DNA of 61,942 nucleotides, counting the filler, from Sphacelaria rigidula (taxonomy: Eukaryota), in the NCBI GenBank assembly GCA_964200075.2. It is 5 parts of 5 records of this genome, joined end to end, with 100 filler letters (N's around TTAATTAATTAA, not from the genome) between each part and the next. Parts side by side here need not be neighbours in the genome. Positions count along the whole stretch, not along the records: positions 49,641 to 61,942 come from CAXNAA020003904.1; 4 more parts are not named here. One strand, given 5' to 3'. This document shows positions 51,883 to 61,942 of this stretch, piece by piece. The translations under genes were made by a program, and so were the position numbers. Under the pieces are notes generated by a model. The model was not told the origin of the DNA. It saw only the letters and a list, made by a program, of their open reading frames with translations, and searched no databases. Position 1 is the stretch's first letter; every line of letters starts with the position of its first letter.

Positions 51883-54516
51883 TCTTCGAAGAAGCACCAC
51901 GCGAAGGACCTGACGGCCGACGTCGCAGAAGAAAGGTGCATCGCCAAGGGCTGCTCCGAGCCGCCATATCACGGTGCACAGGGCTACACGGCGGAGTTCT
52001 ACTTCAAACATGCGACGGCGAGAGGGGTGAATGTAAAGAACAAGTGCGGTGACGAGGGCTGCTTCTTCAGGCCGTCTCAAAGAGTAGATGGAGGCGAGGA
52101 GACGGAGTTCTGCTCTGGGCACGCTAGGGCGAGGATGGTGAACGTTGTGAACAAGAGGTGCGGCGACGAGGGCTGCTCGAAACATCCGTCGTATGGTGTC
52201 GTAGGAAGCAAGAAGGCGGAGTTCTGCTTCGAGCATGCCATGGCGGGGATGGTGGACGTGAGAAGCAAGAAGTGTGGTTACGAGGGCTGCTCAAAGCAGT
52301 CGTCCTATAGTGTAGTGGGAAACAAGGAGGCGGAATTCTGCTGTGAGCATGCCAGGGCGGGAATGGGGAATGTTGTGAATAAGAGGTGCGGCGACGAGGG
52401 CTTCTCAAGGAATGCGTCGTTTGGTGTAGTGGGAAGGGAAAAAGCGGAGTTTTGCTCCAAGCATGCCAGGGCGGGGATGGTGGACGTGAGAAGCAAGAAG
52501 TGCGGCTACGAGGGCTGCTCGAAACATCCGTCTTTCGGTTTAGTGGGAAGCAAGAAGGCGGCGTTCTGCTCCAAGCATGCCATGCCGGAGATGGTGGACT
52601 TGAGCAGCAAGGAGTACGGCTACGAGAGCTGCTCAAAGCAGACGTCTCATGTTGTAGTGGGAAACAAGAAGGCGGAGCTCTGCTCCAAGCATGCCATGGC
52701 GGGGTTGGTGAATGTTGCGAGCAAGAGGTGTGCCCACGAGGGCTGCTCCACTCAGGCATCGTTTGGTTTAATGGGCAGCGAGAAGGCAGAGTTCTGCTCC
52801 AAGCATGTCATGGCGGAGATGGTGAATGTTGTGCACAAGATGTGCGGCCACGAGGGCTGCTCGAAACGTCCGTCTTTCGGTGTAGCAGCAAGCAAGAAAG
52901 CGGAGTTCTGCTCCAAGCATGCCATGGCGGGGATGGGGAATGTGGTGAGGGTAACATGCTGCTACGAGGGCTGCTCGAAACATCCGTCTTTCGGTGTAGT
53001 GGGAAGCAAAAAGGCGGAGTTCTGCTCCAAGCATGCCAGGGCGGGGATGGTGGATGTGAGAAGCAAGAAGTGCGGCTACCGGGGCTGCTCCAAGACTCCG
53101 TCGTATGGTGTAGTGGGAAGCAAGAAGGCGGAGTTCTGCGCCAAGCATGCCGTGGCGGGGATGGTGAATGTTGTGAACAAGAGGTGCGGCTACGAGGGCT
53201 GCTCGAAGCATCCGTCTTTCGGTGTAGCGGGAAGCAAGGCGGAGTTCTGCTCCAAGCATGCCTCCGCGGGGATGGTGAATGTCCGAGTTGGTAAGTGCGG
53301 CTACGGGGGTTGCTCAAAGCGGCCGTCGTTTGGTGTAGTGGGAAGCAAGAAGGCGGAGGTCTGCTTTGAGCATGTCAGGGCGGGGATGGTGTATATTTTG
53401 CACAAGAGGTGCGGCTACGAGGGCTGCTCGAAACATCCGTCTTTCGGTGTAGTGGGAAGCAAGAAGGCGGAGGTCTGCTCCAAGCATGCCAGGCCAGGGA
53501 TGGTGGACATGAAAAATAAGAAGTGCGGCTACGAGGGTTGCTCTTCTCAGGCGTCTTATGGAATAGCTGGAAGCAAGACGCGAAAGTACTGCTTCGAGCA
53601 TGCCAGGGCGGGAAGGATGGAAGTTGTGAGCAAGAAGTGCGGCTACGAGGGCTGCTCCACTCAGGCGTCTTATGGTTTAGTGGGAAGCAAGAAGGCGCAG
53701 TTCTGCTTTGAGCATGCCAGGGCGGAAATGGTGGATATGGTGAACAATAACTACAGCTTTGAGGGATGCTTCAACAGGCGGTCGTACGGTGTCGCGGGTA
53801 GCGCAAAGGCAAAGCCCTGCTCTAAGCATGCCAAGGCGGGAGTGCTGAATATGGGGAGCAAAAGCTGTAGTGACGTGGCGTGCTCCGAATGGACTATCCA
53901 CAAGAAGCACGACGTTGATGAAGCGACATTCTGCCGAGAACACGCTACTGCACGTAACACAGCTGCGATGTCTGATACCGCGAAGCTCAACATTGGGGAG
54001 GGCGTCCCCGGCCGTGGCCCGACGGAGGCCAGTGGAGAAAGTGTTGCTGATGTACGAGGAACGAAACGCAACCGCGCAGCGCTCTCGGGTCCTGTTGCAA
54101 ACGACTCTGTTGGTGCTCGCCGCAATGCCGATGCCGGTCCCAGGCAGGGTGTAAGAACGCCGTTGCTTTCGGGATGCCCAGTTTCGAGGACTGGTGGAAA
54201 GGTGACTTTTGGGACAAGAGCAGAAGTAGGGATGAAGGTAGAGGTGGTAGGCCCTTCTCCTACTCACAGTGGCGATGGGATGAGGGAGTGTCGTAAGTTG
54301 TCTGCCTCTTCGAGCAGCTGCAGTAACGCGTGTGGTGGTAGTGGCTTTGTCAGCAGTGGTGGTAAAAGTAATGGGCAGATCTATAGCTCGCCGGCAATGG
54401 TACCTGGACGCCTGGGCGAACTTGATTATGCGATGTTCGAAGAGGCAAAGAAGGATTCGAACGTGAAGTTGGAGCTAGAAGTGTCCAGAGCGTATCCTCC
54501 GGCACCCGAAGCATGA
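51883..54516 (+). CDS. EsV-1-7 cysteine-rich repeat protein (~18 tandem 38-aa C-x4-C-x16-C-x2-H repeats plus low-complexity C-terminal tail)
   Basis: ORF 52027-54516 consists of repeats such as KCGYEGCSKHPSFGVVGSKKAEFCSKHARAGMVDVRSK, which match the EsV-1-7 motif of brown algae and phaeoviruses. The frame stays open upstream to 51883 (SSKKHHAKDLTADVAEERCIAKGCSEPPYHG...), just after a pyrimidine tract and TTAG, so this is probably a large terminal exon. The first in-frame ATG is 52135. True start not determined. Confidence 0.9.
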   Translation, partial: SSKKHHAKDLTADVAEERCIAKGCSEPPYHGAQGYTAEFYFKHATARGVNVKNKCGDEGCFFRPSQRVDGGEETEFCSGHARARMVNVVNKRCGDEGCSKHPSYGVVGSKKAEFCFEHAMAGMVDVRSKKCGYEGCSKQSSYSVVGNKEAEFCCEHARAGMGNVVNKRCGDEGFSRNASFGVVGREKAEFCSKHARAGMVDVRSKKCGYEGCSKHPSFGLVGSKKAAFCSKHAMPEMVDLSSKEYGYESCSKQTSHVVVGNKKAELCSKHAMAGLVNVASKRCAHEGCSTQASFGLMGSEKAEFCSKHVMAEMVNVVHKMCGHEGCSKRPSFGVAASKKAEFCSKHAMAGMGNVVRVTCCYEGCSKHPSFGVVGSKKAEFCSKHARAGMVDVRSKKCGYRGCSKTPSYGVVGSKKAEFCAKHAVAGMVNVVNKRCGYEGCSKHPSFGVAGSKAEFCSKHASAGMVNVRVGKCGYGGCSKRPSFGVVGSKKAEVCFEHVRAGMVYILHKRCGYEGCSKHPSFGVVGSKKAEVCSKHARPGMVDMKNKKCGYEGCSSQASYGIAGSKTRKYCFEHARAGRMEVVSKKCGYEGCSTQASYGLVGSKKAQFCFEHARAEMVDMVNNNYSFEGCFNRRSYGVAGSAKAKPCSKHAKAGVLNMGSKSCSDVACSEWTIHKKHDVDEATFCREHATARNTAAMSDTAKLNIGEGVPGRGPTEASGESVADVRGTKRNRAALSGPVANDSVGARRNADAGPRQGVRTPLLSGCPVSRTGGKVTFGTRAEVGMKVEVVGPSPTHSGDGMRECRKLSASSSSCSNACGGSGFVSSGGKSNGQIYSSPAMVPGRLGELDYAMFEEAKKDSNVKLELEVSRAYPPAPEA
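51934..53943 (+). repeat. Coding tandem array, 114-bp unit, ~18 copies
   Basis: Recurrent TGCGGCTACGAGGGCTGCTC...GCGGAGTTCTGCTCCAAGCATGCC at ~114-bp spacing. One internal unit is 111 bp (in-frame 3-bp deletion, GSKAEF). Confidence 0.95.
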
Positions 54517-54928
54517 TAGATGGCACCATTTCTTACCCCGGCGCCATTGCTCAGATAAAACTATGAGGGTGTTGGTGTGTGCTCACGTATGTTGTCAGCA
54601 GTCTCAAACGACAATTGGTCGATAATATATATTTTTTTCCATTGATGCAAGGCAGTTCATGAGGTTGCGGGTTGATATTCCAGCTCTATGTTCCACCAGA
54701 TTCTCGTCGAGGCGCAGTTTTCATACTTGCGCCGACCATGTGCTCCAGTGATAATTTGCTGAGAGCTCGCCGTGAGCAGATGGACCGCAGTAGTCGGCCG
54801 CCCGATGAACCATGACACCACTGTTTGACTTATAGCTCGTACTTTTCCCCTACTTTGTTCTGACTGGTGCAGTACGTACTACCACGCTTCTTCATCCTAC
54901 GATAGTATCTGTACCCCGAACAACAACG

Positions 54929-55213
54929 CGTACAACACGGGATCTTACGAATTGGGGATGGATCTTTCATTGGGGATGAACCCGGAGAATTAAAATCTTC
55001 GTATCCACACCAAATCTTCGAAATAAGGTCCCATTTTTTCACCTACCAATACCTATTGACAACCGCCACACGCCATACAAATTTGGATTTCGATCACCGA
55101 CATTTTGGGGTCATATTCCGAAGATTTGTTGTGGAGAAGACGATTTTAATTCTCCGGGTTCCTTATCCCCCAAAAAAGACCGATCCCCAATTCGTGAGAT
55201 CCCGTATTGTACG
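54929..55213. mobile_element. MITE/foldback element with ~105-bp inverted arms
   Basis: CGTACAACACGGGATCTTACGAATTGGGGA...CCCGGAGAATTAAAATC vs GATTTTAATTCTCCGGG...TCCCCAATTCGTGAGATCCCGTATTGTACG. Confidence 0.85.
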
Positions 55214-55322
55214 GCGTTTTTTTCATGCCATAGACCCGACGCCGGAGAGTGTCAGTTGCCCCAGTATGGGTATGCCGGATTATACCCACGGGCGCTGCGG
55301 TTTTGGCCGCGTAGTTTCCGTC

Positions 55323-55770
55323 TGTAACACAAGATGATAATTGGGGATGAGGTTTTTATTGAGGATGAGAAAGCCAGAGAAATTAAATATTCGTATCCAC
55401 ACAAGATCTTCAAAATATGATCCCATTTTTTCACTTGCTGGTGGCTATTGACAGCTACTACACGCGATACAAATTTGGATTTCGATTGCCGAACTGTTAA
55501 GTTCTCAGGTGAATTACCAACATTGAGGAATTTCAGCGATCTGATCGGATTTTCTATATTCCTCAAAATTATTTGTCAACCTAAGCCCCGAACATGCCGG
55601 TTATCAGGGTTCAAATTTGTATGACGTGTAGTAGTTGTCAAAAGCAACCAGTAGGTGATGAAGTGAAACTATCCTTCAAATATTCGTTGTGGATCCGAAG
55701 ATTTTATTTCTCTGGATTCTCATCCTCAGTATCAAACCCATCCCCGATTCGTGAAGTGCCGTATTCTGTC
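55323..55770. mobile_element. Second, longer and more diverged member of the same foldback family (~160-bp arms)
   Basis: ATTGGGGATG...CGTATCCACAC...TTGACAGCTACTACACGCGATACAAATTTG is homologous to 54950-55090 and is mirrored by CAAATTTGTATGACGTGTAGTAGTTGTCAA...CATCCCCGATTCGTGA. Confidence 0.75.
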
Positions 55771-58700
55771 TAATCTGGGAGCATACCGCTGATGTCGCCT
55801 CGCCCATGTGGTCCAGCGGGTAGACCTTGTAAACCTGTTGACGTGGTATCGAAGACTCACACCCGTCTCACTCTGCGGATGACTAGATGAGTAAAAATCA
55901 TGACAACAGTGAGCACAGTGAACAATTGCCCGTCAGTGATCTCGAAGCTATGGCAGGATACGGTGATGCGCTGGCCTTCAAAGGCGGAACATTCACAGTC
56001 GAGGAAGTACAGCGTGTCTGAACTCACTCAATCTCTAGACAGGCGGCTAAGGGCGCAAGAATCGCGAAAGAGCGTCGGATTTGACGGTCGTCTTCATCTG
56101 TGCTCAGTGAGTCGAGACAAACTCTTGCCTTTTTTATTGAGTCAATCGTGACGACTGGAATTCGACTCGTCCACATAATGTCGTAGTTCAGGGCGTCACC
56201 TCACGGTGTGCTCGTCACCATTTTCCCCGATTCAAATCTTTCTTTGCGGCATCGTGAACCGAACGCGTGCACCAGTTTCCGGCAATTTCTTGTGGTTGTG
56301 TATCGAATCCATTTGTGGTCGCCACCAATACTTGCATACGGTTGGCGTGTTTTCTTTTTTTCTGTTCCCTTCCCTTCCGTTGCCTTCCCTCTCCCGTTTG
56401 GCTCCACGTTTCATCCATATATTCACGTTTTGGCCCACATGCTTCATCCTATCAATTTATTTTTACCGTATGTCGTTTATCGAGTGTTCCTTTAGCTAGC
56501 TTTCCCAGTTTGTTCACCTTCACCTTGGGTGTGTCCATCTCGTGATCTCCATCGGAGGCTTCGGAAAACAATCTACGACGACCAAAAAGTAGAATAATCG
56601 TGACCTCCCAATCAGGTTTGCCCTCATCTATGGATACACTCGTATGTGTAACGTCACGTCAGCACTCTTCTTCAGGACTAGCCGTACGTCTCAAATCAGC
56701 TTCAACGTAGTGTTCCGAAGATATTTGTATGGTTTGTGTCATCTTGTGTGGCTTTCCCGCAATTGTCGTGATACCTCGAGTTTTGAATGGCAACGGTTCC
56801 CAGACTCGATGAGGACTACTTGAAGCCCAACAATTGCTCCTTCGTTTTCATCAGCCGTCGTCATTCCAGCAATCGCGAAGGTCATCCCGAGTGAATGGAG
56901 CTCCCTAGGTGCTACTTCTGAGTTTGATTACTCCTCGTACGTCGCAGAAACAACAGTGTGGAACATAGCATTTTGAATTCGCTCACCCGCTGAAATACGT
57001 CTGAGAACGTAGACAAATTGAGTTCTTGTAGGTTCATTGTTCGCCGCATTCTCGAACTTTTATTTGGCTTCCGTCTTGTCGACTCATCGGGTGGACAGAA
57101 CCAATCAAAATTTAGATCAGAGGAAGTTCAATGTGCGGAATATTTGAGGAATGCTTGTACGACAGCTCCAGCTGATCAAAACACAAAACAATTCGGAGAG
57201 ACGGAGCTTGCGCAGAAGAGAGAGGATGCTCAATTCCTGACTCTCGTACCGTGGTTTGTGATCGTAACTGCACCAACCCTGAAGTTCCGTGAGATTCTGA
57301 CGGGGGGGGCAGGGGGGGGGGGCGCGAGTCATCCCCAAGGGCCAGTTTTTCTCTCGTTCACTCGCATAGTCTTGAGTATCTCAACGGCGCGATGACTACG
57401 TACCAAATCGTCCCGTACCCGTAGCCCGCGCCTCCAGGTGGATGTTCCAGCAACGTTCGAACCGTAAACCCATTTCTATACCCCTCTCCGGAGAAAACAA
57501 TAACAATCCGGCTTAAGCGCACACGTAGCCCGGTGCGGGGGGTATGTCGACTGCTATTTGGTTTTCGTGTTGGGGTCATCTGGAAAGACTCGGGGCTGAC
57601 GTAAAGTGAAACTGGAAATGAGATAAAATAACAAAAAATGAAGCTGCGTGCCTATCCGGCGACTAGTATTTCTCCCTGGACCAGGTGATTGTCCAGCCAG
57701 AATCGTTCAGGGTTGGGATAAAACAAGCGATTTGATTATTGCACAGACCTCAACACGGGGCTGACATCAACAAAAAAGTATGCCAATGTGTTGTCATACT
57801 TGTGTCACACATGATGATCCAACCGTTGAAATGTACCGTCCCCCCGATACTTGACTCGACGCCGTCGTGATGAATGGAGTCCGAATTATCGAAGGCCTTT
57901 CGCAATTGCTCGTGATGACTAGACGCAGAGACATGTCCTCCTCGTCGGATTAGTCGTAGCAACTCGAGTCAGATTTGTTCAAGTTCCCAAGCTCCGATAG
58001 GAGACTAGGTCTGTGTCAGCGGAATATTCCAAGCTCCGATAAGTGACTCGGCCTTTGTCAGCAAAAATGGAAACATGCTGTGTCGTTTTGTTGACGAGGG
58101 TCACCCCTTGATCGACTGACTCTCAATAGCTGATCTCAGCTCACAGCACAAACCTCGCGCCATTTGATTCATCTCTGTTCATGTGAAATGACTTTGTGAG
58201 GCCTTCTATGTTCTTCATGTTTTTCTAGCGAATATCGTCTTCTGCAGCATGAGAAAAATCAATGTTCTTCAGACGACAGGCGACAGGTGAAACGCCAAAC
58301 CTGCCGCAGATTCTAAAGTAAGCATGGTCCTGTTTCGGTTTCTTCTGTACCGACCGATCTCAGCTCACAGTGCAAATCCCGCTCCACTGTATCCATCTCT
58401 GTGTAGAGAGGACGATTGTGTCAGCTCCCCGTTGTTTCTTCGTAGTTATCGTCTCCTGCGACATACGAAAACCGGTGTTGCGCTTTCAGGCGACACGACA
58501 ACCAACAACGTTTCCGTGAGATTGAGAGTAGAGCGCTGATTGAGAGTGGCTCTGATCATTCACTATAACATGGCCAAAATTTTATTCCGTGTATGCTTCC
58601 CCTTGCCTCCATCGCTTGTGGGTGCTTACAGCTACACGTCGATATCCTACTCGGGGACATCGAGGGCCTTCGTGGCAGGCTACTACAGAAATCATACTGG

Positions 58701-61700
58701 GCCTCGTGTAGGGGCATTTTGGAACTGAAACGATTCATTCACTAATCGACCGCTTTCCACTCTCGATTGTATCTTTCACTCTCGGACTCACGAAACTTTG
58801 TTAACCGTCGAACATGCTGCATACCGTAAATTGAACACTAGCCCGTTGCGGTCATCGTTTCCGATCGGGCACCCCTTGATCGATTGCATCCCAAAAGATT
58901 ATCTCAGCCTACAGTGCTCATCTCGGGCCACGTTATGCATTTTTGAGCGTTCTATTGCCGTTCATGCAGCTGCCTTTGTCCACTGCACTCGGGAACCGAT
59001 ATAGAGTTGTCAGGCGAAACCTCCCGTAGGTGCTAGATTGAGGCGCGACCTATTGCAGGCGGGGGATGCAAATAAGAGCGTACAGGTCGCGAACACCTCC
59101 AGAGCCAAACTCACGACACATTTAATCTCAAATCGAAGTACTACACACACGAAACAACGGCCAGTCGCACTTCAATGTTTCTTGGCCAGCCAAGCACCGC
59201 GCATGCTCGATTCCATGGATGCTCTCACGACACGGACTGTATGCAGTATCCATCAGCTGAGTAGTATCGATAATACCGCAATATCGTACTGTTGCACTGC
59301 TGTTGTATAAGACACCGCGTTATCTATACACTGTTTCTGCGTGCGGAGCAGGCTATCCAGGTGGCAGCACGAGTAGTGAGAGTGTTCCTGTACCGTACCA
59401 CTTGTCAACTACACAATACAAAGCACTTCAAGCCCTGTATAGTAGTACTACTGTACTACTGTTGTCTGTTGTCTGCTGTACAGAGTCCACAGTCCGCACG
59501 GCAGACAGCAGACAACGGTACTTGTAGTACGATGATTGTGTGATTCCACAAGGTCACTCCCTCCTTGCGTGTATGCAGCCGTGTCCACCCAAATGTCGTT
59601 ATGTGCCCTGATACACTGTTTTCCCGCGCATAGGCTGCGGCGGGTGTGAACGGTTGACATCACGTAGTCGCACTTCCTCATGGCAGGATCACATTCATTT
59701 GAATACTCAGCTGATGTCCTGTTGTCCGTGACGCCGCAGCAACTATCAACATTATTTTATTTCCTGGAGAAATTGCTTTGAAGAAGTAAGTGCTCAAATA
59801 TAAGACGGCTCATTCTACAATATTCGGCGGGATCTAGCAGAAAATTCATCACCACCTACGTTCGTGGTATCCTGCCATACAACAAGAGAAGTATGTTTGT
59901 TGTTACAGCCCTACTGTGAGCTGCTGCGGAGTACGTCTGTTGTTTCGTGTGCTCTGCATTTGAATTTGGGCTTCTTGTGAACTTGGCTCTGGAGGCGTTC
60001 GCGACCTGTGCTCTCTTACTCGCATACCACACCTGCAAACAGGTCGCGTGTACAAACTTGTGTAACACATGGGATGTTCCACCCTGCGATCTACTTTCAC
60101 CGTACTTCTGCTCACCTCTCTACATCGCATGCGGCGCTACCACGGAGGGCATGACCTGTACCTTGGGCTCTATCCGTCTCCAGGATATTTAGGAACGCCA
60201 GATACTCACTACACGCCTGGTAGCCCTTCGCGTTGTTGAAGCATGTCATATGACACAAAATCGAGAATGGGGAGTTCTGCGCCTGGACAATAGTAGTACC
60301 CAAATAGGACACGCGGCTGCACAGCTATCGCGTGAAATATCTTGACATAGACACTTCCTACGATAGCCCCCCCCCCACAAAACCATTGGTGGTCAGTCAA
60401 AATGAAAAGAGCCAAGCACAACGAGCACCTGGGAATTCCCACTCTTGGGTTCGTTTTCGCCAATGTCGCCCATATGAGGAGCTTCATGCAGCCTGAAGCC
60501 AAACATCAGGCGCTGTATGGTCGTTTTCTTTGTGACAGGTTTCGGCTGGATTGTTTTGGGGTGGAGATATCGTAAAAGGACTATAGATATGCACACACTT
60601 GGGCAGATGGCACCCAGTGGGACACGTGTATGGAGTTCAGTCATCCTGTGCAGTGTTTCCGCGGTGAGCACGCGGTGGGGTGCTTAATTCACACTGCACG
60701 GAGAAATTCGCATAAGTTCGTGCTCACAAACAACCACTCGAACACCCACGTATGGTAACAGATATCGGAATACTTGATTAATGAAAAATGGCACAACCCC
60801 TTGGTGTACACAAATTCCTTGCCACTGGCACCAACCGATCCCACGATGTTAGCTTGGCTTGTATCGGTAACCCTGCTGCTACTCGCAGCTAGTTGTCTCC
60901 GGCTATTTTTTACAAGCGGCAACGGTGATGAGAGCAGCGGGAACTCAGCACTGCATGAGCGCGACGTGTGTGCACAACAATGTTCAGCACATATACAGGT
61001 ATGTGCAAGCCTTCTGATGGTGTGGCATGCTTCTGTAACCGACAACGTTGGGCGTACAACGAAATAGCGGATATACTACCGTACATGCATCACGTGAACT
61101 GTAGCCCACGTAGCTGCTGAAACTCTTCGACACTTTGCGATTAGTATCATCCTGAGATGATCCGAACGACTAAAGCGTGCGTCCGGAATCGAGCTTCGCA
61201 CCCCGAAAGATGAACCTTTGAAATTTATCGCATTCGGCTGGATTACGTAAACCAAGTATTGATTTTCCATTCCTCAAAGGGTACACAACCTACCGATGAA
61301 CGAAAGCAGCTGTGATCTCGCGCCGACCATATGGGGATATATCTCACGATTCACGAGGAGTTCAGCAACAATCCACAGCGTGAATAAAAGGCTGGCCCAT
61401 GAGCAACAGTTGTAATCCATCTGCTGATATTCACCATAATGGCATTTGACCTCAATATCCATCTGGAGATGGGATGAATACTGTGCGAAATTACCACACC
61501 TGATCTTTTACACGATTTTTGCCCACGCCGCTCTCGAGACCTCGGGGCGGAGCGAATCCGAATAAATGGTCGAGACTCCTCGATGAGGGGATGCAAAACG
61601 TTTCCAAGACGTGTGATGGCGATTATCCCTGTTTGGGGCTCGAAAACCGCGGCAAAGGTCCCAAATATGGGAAGTACGACCCAATGAAAATATTAGCCGC

Positions 61701-61942
61701 AAGAAACGGTCTTGAAACACCCGCAGAGACCACATTTAATTTTCCCGAAGTCTTTCCAGGGGTCATTCTCGAACTCTCTGAGCCAAGCAAATCGCAAAAG
61801 TGGGCTAGAATCCTCTCGGTGGGGTAATGAAAAGTGCTCAAGACGCGTCATGGCGACATTCTCTGTTTGCGGGGCATGTAGCCAAAATACACCAAGGCGT
61901 AGTAGATGTAGCATGTGTAGGATCCTGGATGATGACCAGGGG

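Noticed and set aside
51832-54267. Many overlapping antisense and alternate-frame ORFs (e.g. 52386-53294, 52124-52759)
   Set aside because: Shadows of the repetitive, stop-poor EsV-1-7 coding array.
49641-61942. Integrated phaeovirus segment suggested by the EsV-1-7 name
   Set aside because: No viral core genes or dense intronless ORF packing; the family is widely expanded in host genomes and the flanks are ordinary repeat-rich DNA.

Overview
Eukaryotic, transposon-rich DNA. It is most likely from a brown alga (Phaeophyceae), inferred from an EsV-1-7 repeat protein, a brown-algal-type CBM32/F5-8 protein, long introns and GC near 50%. The window is not one locus. It is five unrelated ~12.3 kb contigs (12314, 12311, 12311, 12304 and 12302 bp, size-sorted) joined by 100-bp N spacers containing TTAATTAATTAA. 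Most ORFs in the supplied track are spurious. Genes I could reconstruct: (i) a five-exon part of a SERHL-like alpha/beta hydrolase (minus strand, 38931-48948, GHSMG motif) with a decayed Ty1/copia and stacked LINE ends in its introns; (ii) a secreted F5/8 type C (CBM32-like) protein (plus strand, three exons, 32382-34181); (iii) an ~18-repeat EsV-1-7 Cys/His array protein with hypervariable positions and an NLS/SUMO-motif tail (51883-54516); (iv) a probable three-exon 3' end of an unknown gene (11356-11840). The rest is decayed Ty3/gypsy, Ty1/copia and LINE fragments, MITE/foldback elements, tRNA-derived heads and minisatellites. Two observations stand out. One is a LINE plus a ~300-bp non-autonomous partner that share a 3' end, carry poly(C) rather than poly(A) tails, and repeatedly sit in C-runs (each other's tails and a splice-acceptor pyrimidine tract). 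The other is the code-like variability of the EsV-1-7 array.
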